NCBI GenBank assembly: GCA_963674755.2
Contig: CAXXVS010000002.1
Location: forward strand, 640,001 to 704,000
Length of the DNA: 64,000 nucleotides
Direction: 5' to 3'
Origin: Desulfobacterales bacterium
GTDB taxonomy: Bacteria; Desulfobacterota; Desulfobacteria; Desulfobacterales; UBA5852
Shown: positions 30,010-40,723 of the stretch, in pieces
Layout: every line of letters begins with the position of its first letter
Position numbering within the stretch: the first letter of the stretch is position 1
Made by a program: the position numbers and the translations under genes
The notes under the pieces: generated by a model
What the model saw: only the letters and a program-made list of their open reading frames with translations
Told to the model about the DNA's origin: nothing
Database searches by the model: none

Positions 30010-30091
30010 GAACAGGCGCTTGGCGTCAACCGGGCGGAAATCGGCCGACCGTGATGGGCTAGCCGCCACAGGGGGCCTCCCCCGGCAGCGG

Positions 30092-31270
30092 TTAAGAAGG
30101 CGGATGGGCGATAGGCCGCTCGGAATTGATGAGGTCGATATTCTCCTGTTCCATCGTGTTGATCTTTTCGATATTCAGACGCAGCACCTCCTGCATGCGG
30201 CTATCGGAGAAGCGGTGGTAGCTTAAATTCGGCACCGCCTCAAACCCCCGGCGGATTTTATGATCCCCGCCGATGCCGGGATCGAAGATATTGATCCGGT
30301 TGGCAATGGCCCATTCGATGGGGCGGTAGTAGCAGGCATTGAAATGCAGGGCGTGGACGGGTTCCGCCGCCCCCCAGTAGCGGCCGTACATGCGATCCCC
30401 CTTAATCAGCAGAAACGACATCCCGACCGGCAGAGGGTCATCTGCGCGATCACGGTAGGCCGCCATCAACAAGATGCGGTGGCGGTAGCGGCGGTAGAGG
30501 CGCCGGAAGAAATCTTCGGTCAGATATTTGCAGCCCCAGGGACCGAATTGGTCGTTGGTGGCGGCATACAGGCGGTACATGAGCGGGAACAGATCCTCTG
30601 CGATGGCCTCGCCTGTCAGGGGGACCAGACGAATGGCCTGCTGTTGCATGGCCTTTCTCTCACGGTGGATGTTGCGCCGCTGGTTCGATTTGAAAATCGC
30701 CAGATAGTCGTCGAAGGTGCGGTAGCCCTGATTGCGCCAGGCAAAGCTTTGGTGGGTCCAACTCAGGAAGCCGTGGGGTTCGAGCAGCTGCCCCCATTCC
30801 GGGTCAACATAATTGAAGCTGCAGCCTCCCAGACGGTAGCGCTGTATCAGGGCCTCGATGGCCGCCAGCATGTGTGCGGTGATCCGGCGGGGATCCTCAT
30901 CGGGGCCCATCAGAAAACGATAGCCGATGGTCGGCGAAAAGGGGCTCATGCCCACCAGTTTGGGATAGTAGGCGATCTCCAACCGGCGGGCCACATCCGC
31001 CCAGGCGTGATCGAATACGAATTCGCCCGCGCTGTGGCCCTTGATGTACAGAGGGGCGGCCGCCACCAGATCGGTGCCCTGCCAGAGGGTCAGGTGGTGG
31101 GGCAGCCAGCCCTTCTCCGGACTGACGCTGCCCGAGGCCTCCAGCAGGTGCAGCCATTCCCATTCCAGAAACGGGGTCGCAAGCGGGCCGGCCAGGGCAT
31201 CCCAGGCCGATGCGTCCACCTGTGCCATTTGCTGGATCCATCGTATTTCAAGTGCGCTTTCCTGAGGCAC
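30092..31270 (-). CDS. GNAT/FemAB-like N-acetyltransferase (DUF482 type)
   Basis: PLYIKGHSAGEFVFDHAWA, YYPKL, YGRYWG, LHFNACYY, HKIRRGF. Confidence 0.88.
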   Translation of the reverse strand: MPQESALEIRWIQQMAQVDASAWDALAGPLATPFLEWEWLHLLEASGSVSPEKGWLPHHLTLWQGTDLVAAAPLYIKGHSAGEFVFDHAWADVARRLEIAYYPKLVGMSPFSPTIGYRFLMGPDEDPRRITAHMLAAIEALIQRYRLGGCSFNYVDPEWGQLLEPHGFLSWTHQSFAWRNQGYRTFDDYLAIFKSNQRRNIHRERKAMQQQAIRLVPLTGEAIAEDLFPLMYRLYAATNDQFGPWGCKYLTEDFFRRLYRRYRHRILLMAAYRDRADDPLPVGMSFLLIKGDRMYGRYWGAAEPVHALHFNACYYRPIEWAIANRINIFDPGIGGDHKIRRGFEAVPNLSYHRFSDSRMQEVLRLNIEKINTMEQENIDLINSERPIAHPPS

Positions 31271-31579
31271 CGCGAATGTCTCCCCCTTCGATCGGCCGGC
31301 ACGCTAAGAAAATGGTCGCTGGCCATGGCCGGTCTGTCCATGGGGCCGGGCCCGCTGAATACCGTCGATCGATTGGGGAATGATAAGCCCTGCGGCCGGG
31401 GTTGTCACCCATCCCAACGGAGGGGTATCGCCCTGGCCTTCCATTCCCAATACGCCGGCCGGCCAGGCATTTTTGACAGTTGCAGTTTAAAGGGGCTATA
31501 GGAAGCGGCACAACGGCAAGCGCGGCGGATGGCGGCCGCTGCGGTTAAAGCATCGGTACATACCTGAAAGGGGGGATAA

Positions 31580-32044
31580 ATGGGGGAAGAACTGGTTTAT
31601 CCACTAACCTTCAGCGGCGTTCGCCCCGGGGAAGAGCAGATCGTCATCGATCTGATCGGTCAGGCCGGGCTGACGATCGAAGACCTGGATCCACACAAGC
31701 TGGTCCATTTCATCGTGGCCCGGAGAGGCGCTGTCATTGTGGGTGTGGTGGGGCTGGAGCCGGCCGGGCGGGAGGCCCTCGTGCGTTCTCTGGTCGTCAT
31801 CGAGACCCAGCGCCGGCAGGCGGTTGCCACCCGGCTGGTGGCGGCCATCGAAAAATATGCACGCTCCCACGGCATTGAGGCCCTTTACCTGCTGACCATG
31901 GATGCCGCGGCCTTTTTTGGCAAACAGGGTTATCAGCCCTTTGATCGCCTAAACGCGCCCGCCGGCCTTCAGGCCACCGGAGAATTCCGCGCCCTATGCC
32001 CGGCAACCGCCCAATGTCTGTGCAAGCGCCTCACGCCCACATAG
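31580..32044 (+). CDS. GNAT acetyltransferase, ArsN2-like
   Basis: VGVVGLE, ALVRSLVV, LYLLT, EFRALCPATA. Confidence 0.8.
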   Translation: MGEELVYPLTFSGVRPGEEQIVIDLIGQAGLTIEDLDPHKLVHFIVARRGAVIVGVVGLEPAGREALVRSLVVIETQRRQAVATRLVAAIEKYARSHGIEALYLLTMDAAAFFGKQGYQPFDRLNAPAGLQATGEFRALCPATAQCLCKRLTPT

Positions 32045-32077
32045 GAAACGGGGTGGAACTTGTGAAGCGATCGGATC

Positions 32078-32404
32078 CTAGGGGATGCACGGCACGATAT
32101 CGCACTCGAGTTTGTTGACCAGGTCGATGGAAGTGTCCAGGGCAGCATTGATTTTGAAAAGCTGGATTTTAAGGGTCTTCAGGCTGGCCGGGGTCGACTT
32201 GATGGCCGCCTCGCCGGCCAGCCAGTCTTGCAGGCCCTTGGCCTTGCCGCTCAGTTCGTTCAGCCGTTCGGCAAAGGCTCCCACCTCTGTAGCCCACTGG
32301 GCCCGTTCTTCGGCCGGGAATTCGATCGGGGTGCCGTTCAATCCGTCGACCAGTTTTTCGATGCCATACTCTTTCGGATCGGCAATGATTTCATATTCCG
32401 TCAT
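32078..32404 (-). CDS. Hypothetical helical protein, 108 aa
   Basis: AAGGGAGG RBS before MTEYEII; ends CDIVPCIP. Confidence 0.7.
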   Translation of the reverse strand: MTEYEIIADPKEYGIEKLVDGLNGTPIEFPAEERAQWATEVGAFAERLNELSGKAKGLQDWLAGEAAIKSTPASLKTLKIQLFKINAALDTSIDLVNKLECDIVPCIP

Positions 32405-32537
32405 CTTTTTTCCTCCCTTGTGAGTGTTGCTAAAATCATCCTGCGCATCTTTCGGAAGCTTGTGTAAGCTAACACATGATGGACCGCCTGTCATGGCCCC
32501 CGGGATGCGAATATTGCCGCCACGGTTGAATGAATCT

Positions 32538-33671
32538 TCATTCATCCGATTCCGGCAGGGCCGGTCTTGCGGGCGTCAACGACTTCTCTTCGCGCCCGAG
32601 GGAAGCGTCGGGCGGTCCGGTTGCCGGCAGTATATCCTGGAAAGCGATGCCGTAGATATCCCAGATGGTGGTGAATAGCGCCGCCACGATGGGGCCGATG
32701 ATAAACCCCACGAAGCCAAACATCATGATGCCGCCCAGGGTGCCGAAAAAAATCAGCAGTTCGTGCATCTGGGTGTCCTTGCCCACCAGCTTGGGGCGCA
32801 GGAAATTGTCGATGCTGCCCACCGCCGCCCCGCAGAACACGGCCAGGCCGATGGCCTGGGGCCAGAGCCCCTTGGCGCCCAGAATGATCGCGGCCGGGAC
32901 CCAGACCAGGGCGGTGCCGATGCCCGGCAGGACGGACAACAACACCATGATCACGCCCCAGAAGACGGCGCTGGGGATGCCCACCACCGCGAAGGCGATC
33001 CCGGCCAGCCCCCCCTGGAGCAGTCCGATCACCGCCGTTCCCTTGAGGGTGGCCCGGGCCACGGAAGTAAAGCGGTCCAGCATGCGCCGCTCGTCCGCGT
33101 CCTCCAGGGGCAGGTAGTAGAGAATCTTCTGGATCAGTTTTTCACCGTCCATCAAAAAAAAGAACATGGTGTAGAGCATGACCAGGGTCATGAACAGGAA
33201 GTTGACCGTACCCAGGGTGACCGCCTGGAGGTTTTCGATGAGAAAACTGCTGATTTTGCCCACCATTTCGCCGGTCTTCTGGAAGATCAGCTCCCGGTAG
33301 GGCAGGAGCTGTTCATAGAACGGGAGGGCCTGCAGCTTGGAGAACAGGGTGGCCGGTGAAGTGACTTGCTCCTGAACCCAGGGTTTCACCGAATCCCCCA
33401 CCTTGATGGCCTGGGTGGTGACGACCCCCATCATTCCGGCCAGGGGCAGTAAGACGAAAAGGATAATGACCAGCAGGGTGGCCAGGGAGGCCAGGGCGCG
33501 TCGGCCGCCGAACCAGCCTGTCAGGCGGCGGTAGAAGGGCGCCACCAGGGCGCTGAACAGTCCGGCCAGGAAGATCGCCATCAGAAAAGACCGGATCATG
33601 GACAAAAAGACCGCGGAGATGAAAATCACCACGAGGAGCAGGACGGATTTGTTCAGGATACTGTGCGGCAT
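32538..33671 (-). CDS. AI-2E family transporter
   Basis: Multiple TMs; FFFLMDG, GTALVWVP, IDNFLRP, GFIIGP. Confidence 0.9.
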   Translation of the reverse strand: MPHSILNKSVLLLVVIFISAVFLSMIRSFLMAIFLAGLFSALVAPFYRRLTGWFGGRRALASLATLLVIILFVLLPLAGMMGVVTTQAIKVGDSVKPWVQEQVTSPATLFSKLQALPFYEQLLPYRELIFQKTGEMVGKISSFLIENLQAVTLGTVNFLFMTLVMLYTMFFFLMDGEKLIQKILYYLPLEDADERRMLDRFTSVARATLKGTAVIGLLQGGLAGIAFAVVGIPSAVFWGVIMVLLSVLPGIGTALVWVPAAIILGAKGLWPQAIGLAVFCGAAVGSIDNFLRPKLVGKDTQMHELLIFFGTLGGIMMFGFVGFIIGPIVAALFTTIWDIYGIAFQDILPATGPPDASLGREEKSLTPARPALPESDE

Positions 33672-33840
33672 CGTGTGGAATCCTTCGTGGGGTTTGCAAG
33701 ATATGGCCTAATCGCGTCGCCGTGCGGCCCGATATCATGGGGAGCACCCATGGGCGTGTTGCCCGAGCCCTTCAGACCGTGTCCGGGAGGGTATGGTTGC
33801 CCAAGTCGGCCGGATGCGATAGTAACAGCAAAATTGAAAA

Positions 33841-34611
33841 ATGGAAATGACACAGATCGAGCACGAAACCGGAAAATCCATCGCGCGCATCTCCGCCCCA
33901 CAGGATCAGCGCCCCAAAATGCCGAAATGCGATCCCTTTATCTATGCCGTACATCCCGCCCGCCTGCCCCCCGCTTTGCATGAGCGCTGGGGAGACGATG
34001 CCTGGCGGCCGGTGCCGGCCCTGTCCGTGGCGCATTTTCGACCGGAAAGCAGCGGCCACCGGCCCCGTACCCAGGCCAAGCTGGTGTGGGACGCATCCTG
34101 TATCTACGGCATCTTCAGGGTAGCGGACCGCTTCATCCGTTGCGTGCACACCGCTTTCCAGGCCCCGGTCTGCCAAGACAGTTGTGTGGAGTTTTTCGTG
34201 CAGCCCAGTCCGGACAAGGGCTACTTCAACTTCGAATTCAACTGCGGCGGAGCGCTGCTGGCTTCCTACATCACGGATTACAGGCGTACGTCGGACGGGT
34301 TTGCGGGCTGGCAGCCGCTGACCCCGGAGGAGGGAGGCCGCATCGCGGTGCAGTCCACCCTTGGGCCCGTGGTGGAACCGGAAATTACCGAAGCCCGGAC
34401 CTGGCAGCTTGCTTTCCGGATACCCCTGGATGTCATGTCCCATTACACCGGTCCTCTATGTGTGGCGGCCGGCGATGTCTGGCGGGCCAATTTCTACAAG
34501 TGCGGCGATGCGACCTCCCATCCCCACTGGGCGGCCTGGCATCCGGTGGACGCCCTGAATTTTCACCTGCCGCACTGCTTCGGGCGGCTGATGTTCGAGG
34601 GCGGGCCTTGA
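33841..34611 (+). CDS. Carbohydrate-binding family 9-like protein
   Basis: DSCVEFF, YFNFEFNCGG, WRANFYKCGD, NFHLP..FG; start may be 33919. Confidence 0.8.
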   Translation: MEMTQIEHETGKSIARISAPQDQRPKMPKCDPFIYAVHPARLPPALHERWGDDAWRPVPALSVAHFRPESSGHRPRTQAKLVWDASCIYGIFRVADRFIRCVHTAFQAPVCQDSCVEFFVQPSPDKGYFNFEFNCGGALLASYITDYRRTSDGFAGWQPLTPEEGGRIAVQSTLGPVVEPEITEARTWQLAFRIPLDVMSHYTGPLCVAAGDVWRANFYKCGDATSHPHWAAWHPVDALNFHLPHCFGRLMFEGGP

Positions 34612-34721
34612 CATCATAAGGGCCTGGGCCGGCAGGACACCGTGAAAAGAGAATATGTAGGAACAGCAGGGTCTTCGAAATCGCGATCGAAATCGAAGCA
34701 TCACAAGCGCTCGGAAAGACA

Positions 34722-36542
34722 ATGCCAATGACACCGCTTCAATTCCTTCAGACGGTTTTCGGCTACGATTCCTTTCGCGAACATCAGGAGGAGGTGATCG
34801 ATCACCTGCTGACCGGTTCGGACGCCTTCGTGCTCATGCCCACGGGCAGCGGCAAATCCCTATGCTACCAGATCCCGTCGATGGTCCGCGATGGGGTAGG
34901 GGTGGTGATCTCGCCCCTGATCGCCCTGATGCACGACCAGGTCACGGCCCTGCGGGAAAACGGTGTGCGGGCCGATTGCCTGAACTCCAGCCTGCCGCCG
35001 CGGGAGGCCGCCCAGGTGGAGGCCCGGGTGCGCCAGGGCACCACCGATATCCTCTACGTGGCTCCCGAAAGGCTGCTGACGCCCCGCTGCCTGCGGCTGC
35101 TGGGCGAGACAACCGTGGCCCTGTTCGCCATCGACGAGGCCCACTGCGTCTCCCAGTGGGGCCACGACTTCCGGCCGGAGTATCTCAGGATCGTCGAGGT
35201 CACGCGTCGTTTCCCGGGCGTGCCCCGCATCGCGCTTACCGCCACCGCCGATGCGGTCACCCGGCGGGAGATCGTGGCGAAGTTGGATCTGGAGGCGGCC
35301 CGCGCCTTTATCTCCAGCTTCGACCGCCCCAATATCTGCTACCGGGTGCGTTTGAAGGACAACGGCAAGCGCCAGCTTTTGCGGTTCATCCGTGAGGCGC
35401 ATCCCAACGAGACCGGCATCGTCTACTGCCGCAGCCGCAAGCGCGTAGAGGAGATCGCCGCCTGGCTCAACCGGGAAGGGATCGCGGCCGTGGCCTATCA
35501 TGCCGGTCTGCCGGCGGAAGAGCGTACCACGGCCCAGCAGCGCTTCGCCCGGGAGGAGGCCCTCGTGGTCGTGGCCACCATCGCCTTCGGCCTGGGGATC
35601 GACCGGCCCGACGTGCGCTTCGTGGCCCATTTCGACGTACCCATGAGCATGGAGGCCTACTACCAGGAGACCGGCCGGGCCGGCCGGGACGGCGAACCGG
35701 CCGAGGCCCTCATGCTCTACTCCCTGGCCGACGTGATCGCCGCCCGCCAGATGCTGCTGCGCTCCGAAGGGGACGACACTTTCAAGTTCATCCAGCAGCG
35801 CAAGTTGGACGCCCTCCTGGGGTATTGCGAAACCACCGCCTGCCGCCGCCAGGTGCTGTTGCGCTATTTCGGTGAAACCCGGGATGAGGCCTGCGGCAAC
35901 TGCGGCACTTGCAAGGACGGCGACATGAAGATCTGGGACGGCACGGTAGCCGCCCAGAAGGCCCTTTCCGCGGTCTATCGCACCGGGCAGCGTTTCGGGG
36001 CCCAGTATCTCATCAACGTGCTGCTGGGCCAGACCGATGAGCGTATGCAGCGCTTCGGACACGACCGGATCAAGACCTTCGGCGTGGGCCAGGACCTATC
36101 CGCCAAGCAGTGGCGTTCGGTCTTCCGCCAGTTGATCGCTCTGGGATATCTGACGGTGGAGATGGATCGTCGGGCCGGTTTCGTCCTCACGGAGAAAAGC
36201 CGGCCGGTGCTGCGGGGCCAAGAAACCGTCCCATTGCGGGAAGATCCCGCCCCTCCGCGACGGAGCCCCCGCAGCAGGCCCGGGGTCGCCGAGCTGATGG
36301 AAGACACCCCGGCGGCCGGCCTCTGGGAGCATCTCCGTGCCCTGCGGCGCGAGATCGCCCAGGCGCATGAAGTGCCGGCCTACGTCATCTTCCACGACAA
36401 GACCCTCAAGGAGATGGCCCTGTTGCGCCCCACCACCCGCGAGGCTTTGCTGGCGGTCACCGGGGTAGGGGAGACCAAAGCCGACCGCTACGGGGACCAG
36501 TTCATCGACGCCATCATGGAATGGGAAACCCGGGCGGGTTGA
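34722..36542 (+). CDS. recQ: ATP-dependent DNA helicase RecQ
   Basis: MPTGSGKSLCYQ, DEAHCVSQWGHDFRPEY, QETGRAGRDG, Zn/RQC and HRDC regions. Confidence 0.96.
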   Translation: MPMTPLQFLQTVFGYDSFREHQEEVIDHLLTGSDAFVLMPTGSGKSLCYQIPSMVRDGVGVVISPLIALMHDQVTALRENGVRADCLNSSLPPREAAQVEARVRQGTTDILYVAPERLLTPRCLRLLGETTVALFAIDEAHCVSQWGHDFRPEYLRIVEVTRRFPGVPRIALTATADAVTRREIVAKLDLEAARAFISSFDRPNICYRVRLKDNGKRQLLRFIREAHPNETGIVYCRSRKRVEEIAAWLNREGIAAVAYHAGLPAEERTTAQQRFAREEALVVVATIAFGLGIDRPDVRFVAHFDVPMSMEAYYQETGRAGRDGEPAEALMLYSLADVIAARQMLLRSEGDDTFKFIQQRKLDALLGYCETTACRRQVLLRYFGETRDEACGNCGTCKDGDMKIWDGTVAAQKALSAVYRTGQRFGAQYLINVLLGQTDERMQRFGHDRIKTFGVGQDLSAKQWRSVFRQLIALGYLTVEMDRRAGFVLTEKSRPVLRGQETVPLREDPAPPRRSPRSRPGVAELMEDTPAAGLWEHLRALRREIAQAHEVPAYVIFHDKTLKEMALLRPTTREALLAVTGVGETKADRYGDQFIDAIMEWETRAG

Positions 36543-36770
36543 AAACACGGCCGGCGCTGCCGGCTGTCCCCATCAAGCGACTTCTCCATCATGGTCCGCC
36601 AATCCGCTATAGGCGCGCCGCAGGCCGGCTCCTTTCGTCATACAGGTGATAATCCTCCGGTATTGTTGACAAATGCCGAATTCCGTGCCAAAAATTAAAA
36701 AACACGCTTGGTGCCGCGCATTCCATCGGCAGGCCCTACGTTCCGGAAATCACCGACAACGAGGTCAACC

Positions 36771-37085
36771 ATGGCTCAACGCAACACGCTTCCCCATGCT
36801 TCGCGATCCCGCAACATCCCCAAAGACAGCCGTCGTTTCCATCGCATCCACTGCTCCGAAGAGACCCATTTCATCACCCGCCAGCGGCTGCACGAAGGGG
36901 TGATCAAAAATTTCAGTCGGGGCGGCACCTACATCGAAGTGGATGGATCGTTCTTTGCCGGTCAGGAAATCACCGTGGCCGGGCCTTTCGCAGACGGCTG
37001 GAAGGAATGCAAGCAGAGGGGCGCCATCGTGCGCTGCGACGGGAGAGGTATCGGTATCAAGTTCGCTTCGCCGGCGGCGGCCTGA
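36771..37085 (+). CDS. PilZ-domain protein
   Basis: RRFHR (RxxxR), NFSRGG, GIGIKF; GAGG RBS. Confidence 0.8.
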   Translation: MAQRNTLPHASRSRNIPKDSRRFHRIHCSEETHFITRQRLHEGVIKNFSRGGTYIEVDGSFFAGQEITVAGPFADGWKECKQRGAIVRCDGRGIGIKFASPAAA

Positions 37086-37216
37086 GCCTTCCATGGGGCT
37101 TCCCAGGGGTATTCTTTCCGACGCATTAGGGCTTAAGAACGCTGTAAATCCTTAAAACGACGTTCCCGATACGGATCGCGTCTTCGATGCCAATGGGGTG
37201 AGTGCCAACGCGTCCA

Positions 37217-39343
37217 CTAGCGTCGTAAAATGCGCGTCGCGTTGGCCACGGCCAGCAGGGCCGTTCCCATATCCGCAAACACCGCCTCCCACATGGTGGC
37301 CATTCCGAAAGCCCCGAAAGCGATAAAAACGCCCTTCACCGCCAAGGCCAGGACGATGTTCTGCCATACAATGGCCCGGGTCTGTTTGGCGATGGCTACC
37401 GCTTCGGCCATTTTGACGGGGGTGTCCTTCATCAGAACCACATCGGCGGTTTCAACGGCGGCATCGCTGCCTAGGGCGCCCATGGCCAGGCCCACGTCGG
37501 CCCGGGCGATGACCGGCGCGTCGTTGATGCCGTCGCCCACAAAGGCGATCTTGCCATGGGGGTGGGATTGCGCGAAGTGTTCCAGGGCGGCCACCTTGTC
37601 TTCCGGCAGGAGGTCGGCCTGGAAGCTGTCCAGCGACAGCGTGTCGGCCACGGCCCGGGCGGCGCAGGCGTTGTCGCCGGTGAGCATGGCGATATGCGCG
37701 ACGCCCTGGTCGCGCAGGGCCTGCACGGCTTGACGGGCATCCGGCCGGATTTGATCGCCAATGGTGATGAAGCCGGCGTAGCGTCCGTCCACGACGATAT
37801 GGGCCACCGTATTGTCGAAGGTGCAGCGGTCGTGGGCCACGGATTCGCGGTGCAGGAGATGATCGTTGCCCACCAGAATATCCCGGTCCTTATAGCGGGC
37901 CGCCACGCCCTGTCCGGCAAGGTCGCGATGTCCGACGATTTGGGAGGAGTCCAATCGGCCGCCCCGCTTTTCGAAGGCCGTCACGATGGCGGCGGCAATA
38001 GGGTGGTCCGAGTGGGTTTCGGCCGCCGCCGCGAATTCCAATAGCGCTTCTTCGGAAACACCGTTGCCGCTGACCACGTCAGCGACTTCGAAGACCCCCC
38101 GGGTGAGGGTGCCGGTCTTGTCGAAGACTACCGTCTTGACCGCCGCCAGGACGTCGATATAGGTCGAGCCCTTCACCAGGATGCCCTTGCGCGAGGCCTT
38201 GCCGATACCGCCGAAGTAGCCCAGGGGGATGCTGATCACCAGAGCGCAGGGGCAGGAGATCACCAGGAGCACCAGGGCCCGGTAGATCCAGTCGCGAAAG
38301 GCATCACCCATCAGAAGCGGCGGAAGAAAAGCGACGGCCGCAGCGATGAGCACCACGGCGGGAGTGTAATAGCGGGCAAAGGTGGTGACGAATTTCTCGG
38401 TGCGCGCCTTGCGGGCGCTGGCGTTCTCCACCAGATTCATGATTCGGGCGATGGAGGATTCCCTGAAGGGACGCGTCACCGCGACGGTCAGGGCGCCGTT
38501 CAGGCAGATCTGGCCGGCCATGACCGCATCGCCGGTGCGGACCGATACGGGCACGGACTCGCCGGTCAGGGCCGCGGTGTCGATCTGGGAGCGACCTTCC
38601 AGCACTTGGCCGTCGAGGGGGATCTTCTGGCCCGGCTTGACCACGATGGTATCCCCCACCTGGACGGTTTCCGGAGCCACCGTGCGCAGCCCTTCCAGGG
38701 TCTTTACGTGAGCCTGGTCGGGCTTGGCGGCCAACAGGGCCCGGATCGAGCGGCGCGAATGGGAGACAGCCCGGTCCTGCAACAATTCGCCCACCTTGAA
38801 GAAGATCATGACCCCCACGGCTTCGGCATAGGCCTGGATGGCGATGGCCCCGCCCGTGGCGATCACCATCAGGACATTCTCGTCGAAGAAATCCCCCCGT
38901 TTGACGGTCCGCCAGGCGCCTGACAAAACATTGCCGCCCGCCATGAGATAGGCGGCCAAAACGACGAGCAATTCCCACGAAAGAGGGCCGGTGTGGCCCA
39001 GGCGGTCGCCGTAAACGAGAATCCATATGAAAAGAACGCCCGCCGCGGTCAGGAGAAAGCCTTCTTTTTTGCGATTGAGGCCCGCGGCACCATCGGCGGG
39101 AGCCGTCGTGGGCGCTGACGCGTCCGGGTCCACCAATTCCACATCCGGATCGATGGCGTGGGCGGCCTGCCGCACAGTTTCCGGGTCGTCGGCCCTTACC
39201 AGAAGGATTTGGTTGACGAAGTCCACCGCAGCGTCTTCCACGCCGGCGGTTTTTTTGAGACCGTCTTCGAGCTTGGCCGCACAGGCCGCGCAGTCGAGGT
39301 TTTTCAGGTGGAATTTTGTCAACGGGGGGGCTGCGGTCGTCAT
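37217..39343 (-). CDS. cadA: Heavy-metal (Zn/Cd/Pb) P1B-type ATPase
   Basis: LDCAAC HMA motif, TGES, SCPCAL, DKTGT, HP, GDGINDAP, EAVFAD. Confidence 0.93.
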   Translation of the reverse strand: MTTAAPPLTKFHLKNLDCAACAAKLEDGLKKTAGVEDAAVDFVNQILLVRADDPETVRQAAHAIDPDVELVDPDASAPTTAPADGAAGLNRKKEGFLLTAAGVLFIWILVYGDRLGHTGPLSWELLVVLAAYLMAGGNVLSGAWRTVKRGDFFDENVLMVIATGGAIAIQAYAEAVGVMIFFKVGELLQDRAVSHSRRSIRALLAAKPDQAHVKTLEGLRTVAPETVQVGDTIVVKPGQKIPLDGQVLEGRSQIDTAALTGESVPVSVRTGDAVMAGQICLNGALTVAVTRPFRESSIARIMNLVENASARKARTEKFVTTFARYYTPAVVLIAAAVAFLPPLLMGDAFRDWIYRALVLLVISCPCALVISIPLGYFGGIGKASRKGILVKGSTYIDVLAAVKTVVFDKTGTLTRGVFEVADVVSGNGVSEEALLEFAAAAETHSDHPIAAAIVTAFEKRGGRLDSSQIVGHRDLAGQGVAARYKDRDILVGNDHLLHRESVAHDRCTFDNTVAHIVVDGRYAGFITIGDQIRPDARQAVQALRDQGVAHIAMLTGDNACAARAVADTLSLDSFQADLLPEDKVAALEHFAQSHPHGKIAFVGDGINDAPVIARADVGLAMGALGSDAAVETADVVLMKDTPVKMAEAVAIAKQTRAIVWQNIVLALAVKGVFIAFGAFGMATMWEAVFADMGTALLAVANATRILRR

Positions 39344-39362
39344 CGTCGCTCCTGCATTCGGT

Positions 39363-39749
39363 TCAGGCTTCCAGAACGTGTTCCATTCCGAGATTGAGCA
39401 GGTTGCGGATGTGTTCGTCGTCCAGGGCGTAGTAGATCACCTTGCCCTCCCGACGGGCTTTGATCACCCGGGCCTGCTTGAGGTTTTTCAATTGGTGGGA
39501 GACCGCCGGCTGCTTCATCCGGAGCAGGGCGCAGAGGTCGCAGACGCACATCTCCGATTCGCTCAGGGCCCACAGAATCCCGATGCGCGTGCCGTCGCCG
39601 AACAGTTTGAAAAGGTCCGCAAGCGCATAGAGCCGGACCGGATCGGGCATGGCCTGCCGCACAGCCCGAATGAGGTTGTGATGGATGCCTTTGACGGCGC
39701 AGGTCTCGATGGCCTCCCGGGCCGGGGAATGTTGGGTGGTTTCGCTCAT
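39363..39749 (-). CDS. ArsR/SmtB-family metal-responsive repressor (CadC-like)
   Basis: FKLFGDGTR, EMCVCDL, AVSHQL, YALDDEH...EH. Confidence 0.92.
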   Translation of the reverse strand: MSETTQHSPAREAIETCAVKGIHHNLIRAVRQAMPDPVRLYALADLFKLFGDGTRIGILWALSESEMCVCDLCALLRMKQPAVSHQLKNLKQARVIKARREGKVIYYALDDEHIRNLLNLGMEHVLEA

Positions 39750-39776
39750 AGGGCCCCTGTCTGTGAAAGGTAAAAA

Positions 39777-39818
39777 ATTAATATATGAACATATATTAAT
39801 ATGAGTAGGCGGTGTCAA
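39777..39818 (-). promoter_or_regulatory. ArsR/SmtB operator overlapping a sigma70 promoter
   Basis: Perfect 11-2-11 inverted repeat ATTAATATATG-AA-CATATATTAAT (39777-39800); minus-strand TTGACA at 39818-39813. Confidence 0.8.
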
Positions 39819-39944
39819 GCAAATTAGCGCCTGACGTGGAAAATCGATCGGTTGCCGTTAGGCGGAAGGGGCCAGGCTTGAAAGGGCCGCAAACACCCCG
39901 GTGCGCAAGTTTAGGCTGGAGTTGATCGGGGGAAAAGAGGCCGC

Positions 39945-40709
39945 TTAGCCCAGGATCAGACGCTGGGGATCGCAGACGTCCCGCAGCACGCGCAGTTCTT
40001 CGGCCGAAGGGGGCGCCAGGGGTACGCAGCGCGTTGCGTCAATGCTAAAGCCCGTGTTGGCAACCACATCGGCCGCCGCTACGCCGGGATAGAGGGCTTG
40101 CAGAAACATGCGGTGGCTCTGGGGATCGAACCCCATGACGGCCAGATTGGTAATGACCATTGCGGGGCCGCCGCGGCAGAGGCCTTGTTTGTGACGGGAA
40201 TCGCCGCCATCGAGCCACCCGGGGCTGGTCAGGTAGTCCAGCCGGGAGACGAACTTGCGCTTTTCGTGCTGCATGAAAATGATGGTGCGGTCCACGAAGG
40301 AGGCCACGTCGGCGGCACCTCCGCTGCCGGAAAAGCGTACCTTGGGGCGCGCATAGTCTCCGATCACGGTGGAGTTCAGGTTGCCGTAGGGGTCGATCTG
40401 GGCGGCCCCCAGGATGCCCACCACGCGCTTTCCGGTGGTGCGGTTCTGCATGGTCGCGAAACTGTCCAGCAGGCTGCCGTTGACGGCCGTGCGATACATG
40501 ACGCGCGGGTCTCCCACGGCCAGGGGGAGTTCCGCCAGGCGGGAGTCGATGGCCCCGGTCTCAAAGAAGATGACGCTTTCCGGCGCGCTGATGTGCTTGG
40601 CCGCCATGGCGGCCAGCATGGAAATGCCGGTGCCGCAGAATACGATGTCGTCGTTGCGGATGGTCCGCGAGGCCGCGATGGCCATCATTTCCTTGGGGGT
40701 GTAGTTCAT
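39945..40709 (-). CDS. Family I CoA-transferase beta subunit (glutaconate/3-oxoadipate type)
   Basis: FFETG (candidate catalytic Glu), LGAAQIDPYGNLNST, GSGGA, TSPG, DP. Confidence 0.88.
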   Translation of the reverse strand: MNYTPKEMMAIAASRTIRNDDIVFCGTGISMLAAMAAKHISAPESVIFFETGAIDSRLAELPLAVGDPRVMYRTAVNGSLLDSFATMQNRTTGKRVVGILGAAQIDPYGNLNSTVIGDYARPKVRFSGSGGAADVASFVDRTIIFMQHEKRKFVSRLDYLTSPGWLDGGDSRHKQGLCRGGPAMVITNLAVMGFDPQSHRMFLQALYPGVAAADVVANTGFSIDATRCVPLAPPSAEELRVLRDVCDPQRLILG

Positions 40710-40723
40710 GGTCGTCTTATCTT

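Noticed and set aside
36674..36692. Minus-strand TGGCACG resembling a sigma54 -24 box
   Set aside because: The -12 position reads TCGG rather than TTGC, and it points into the end of recQ
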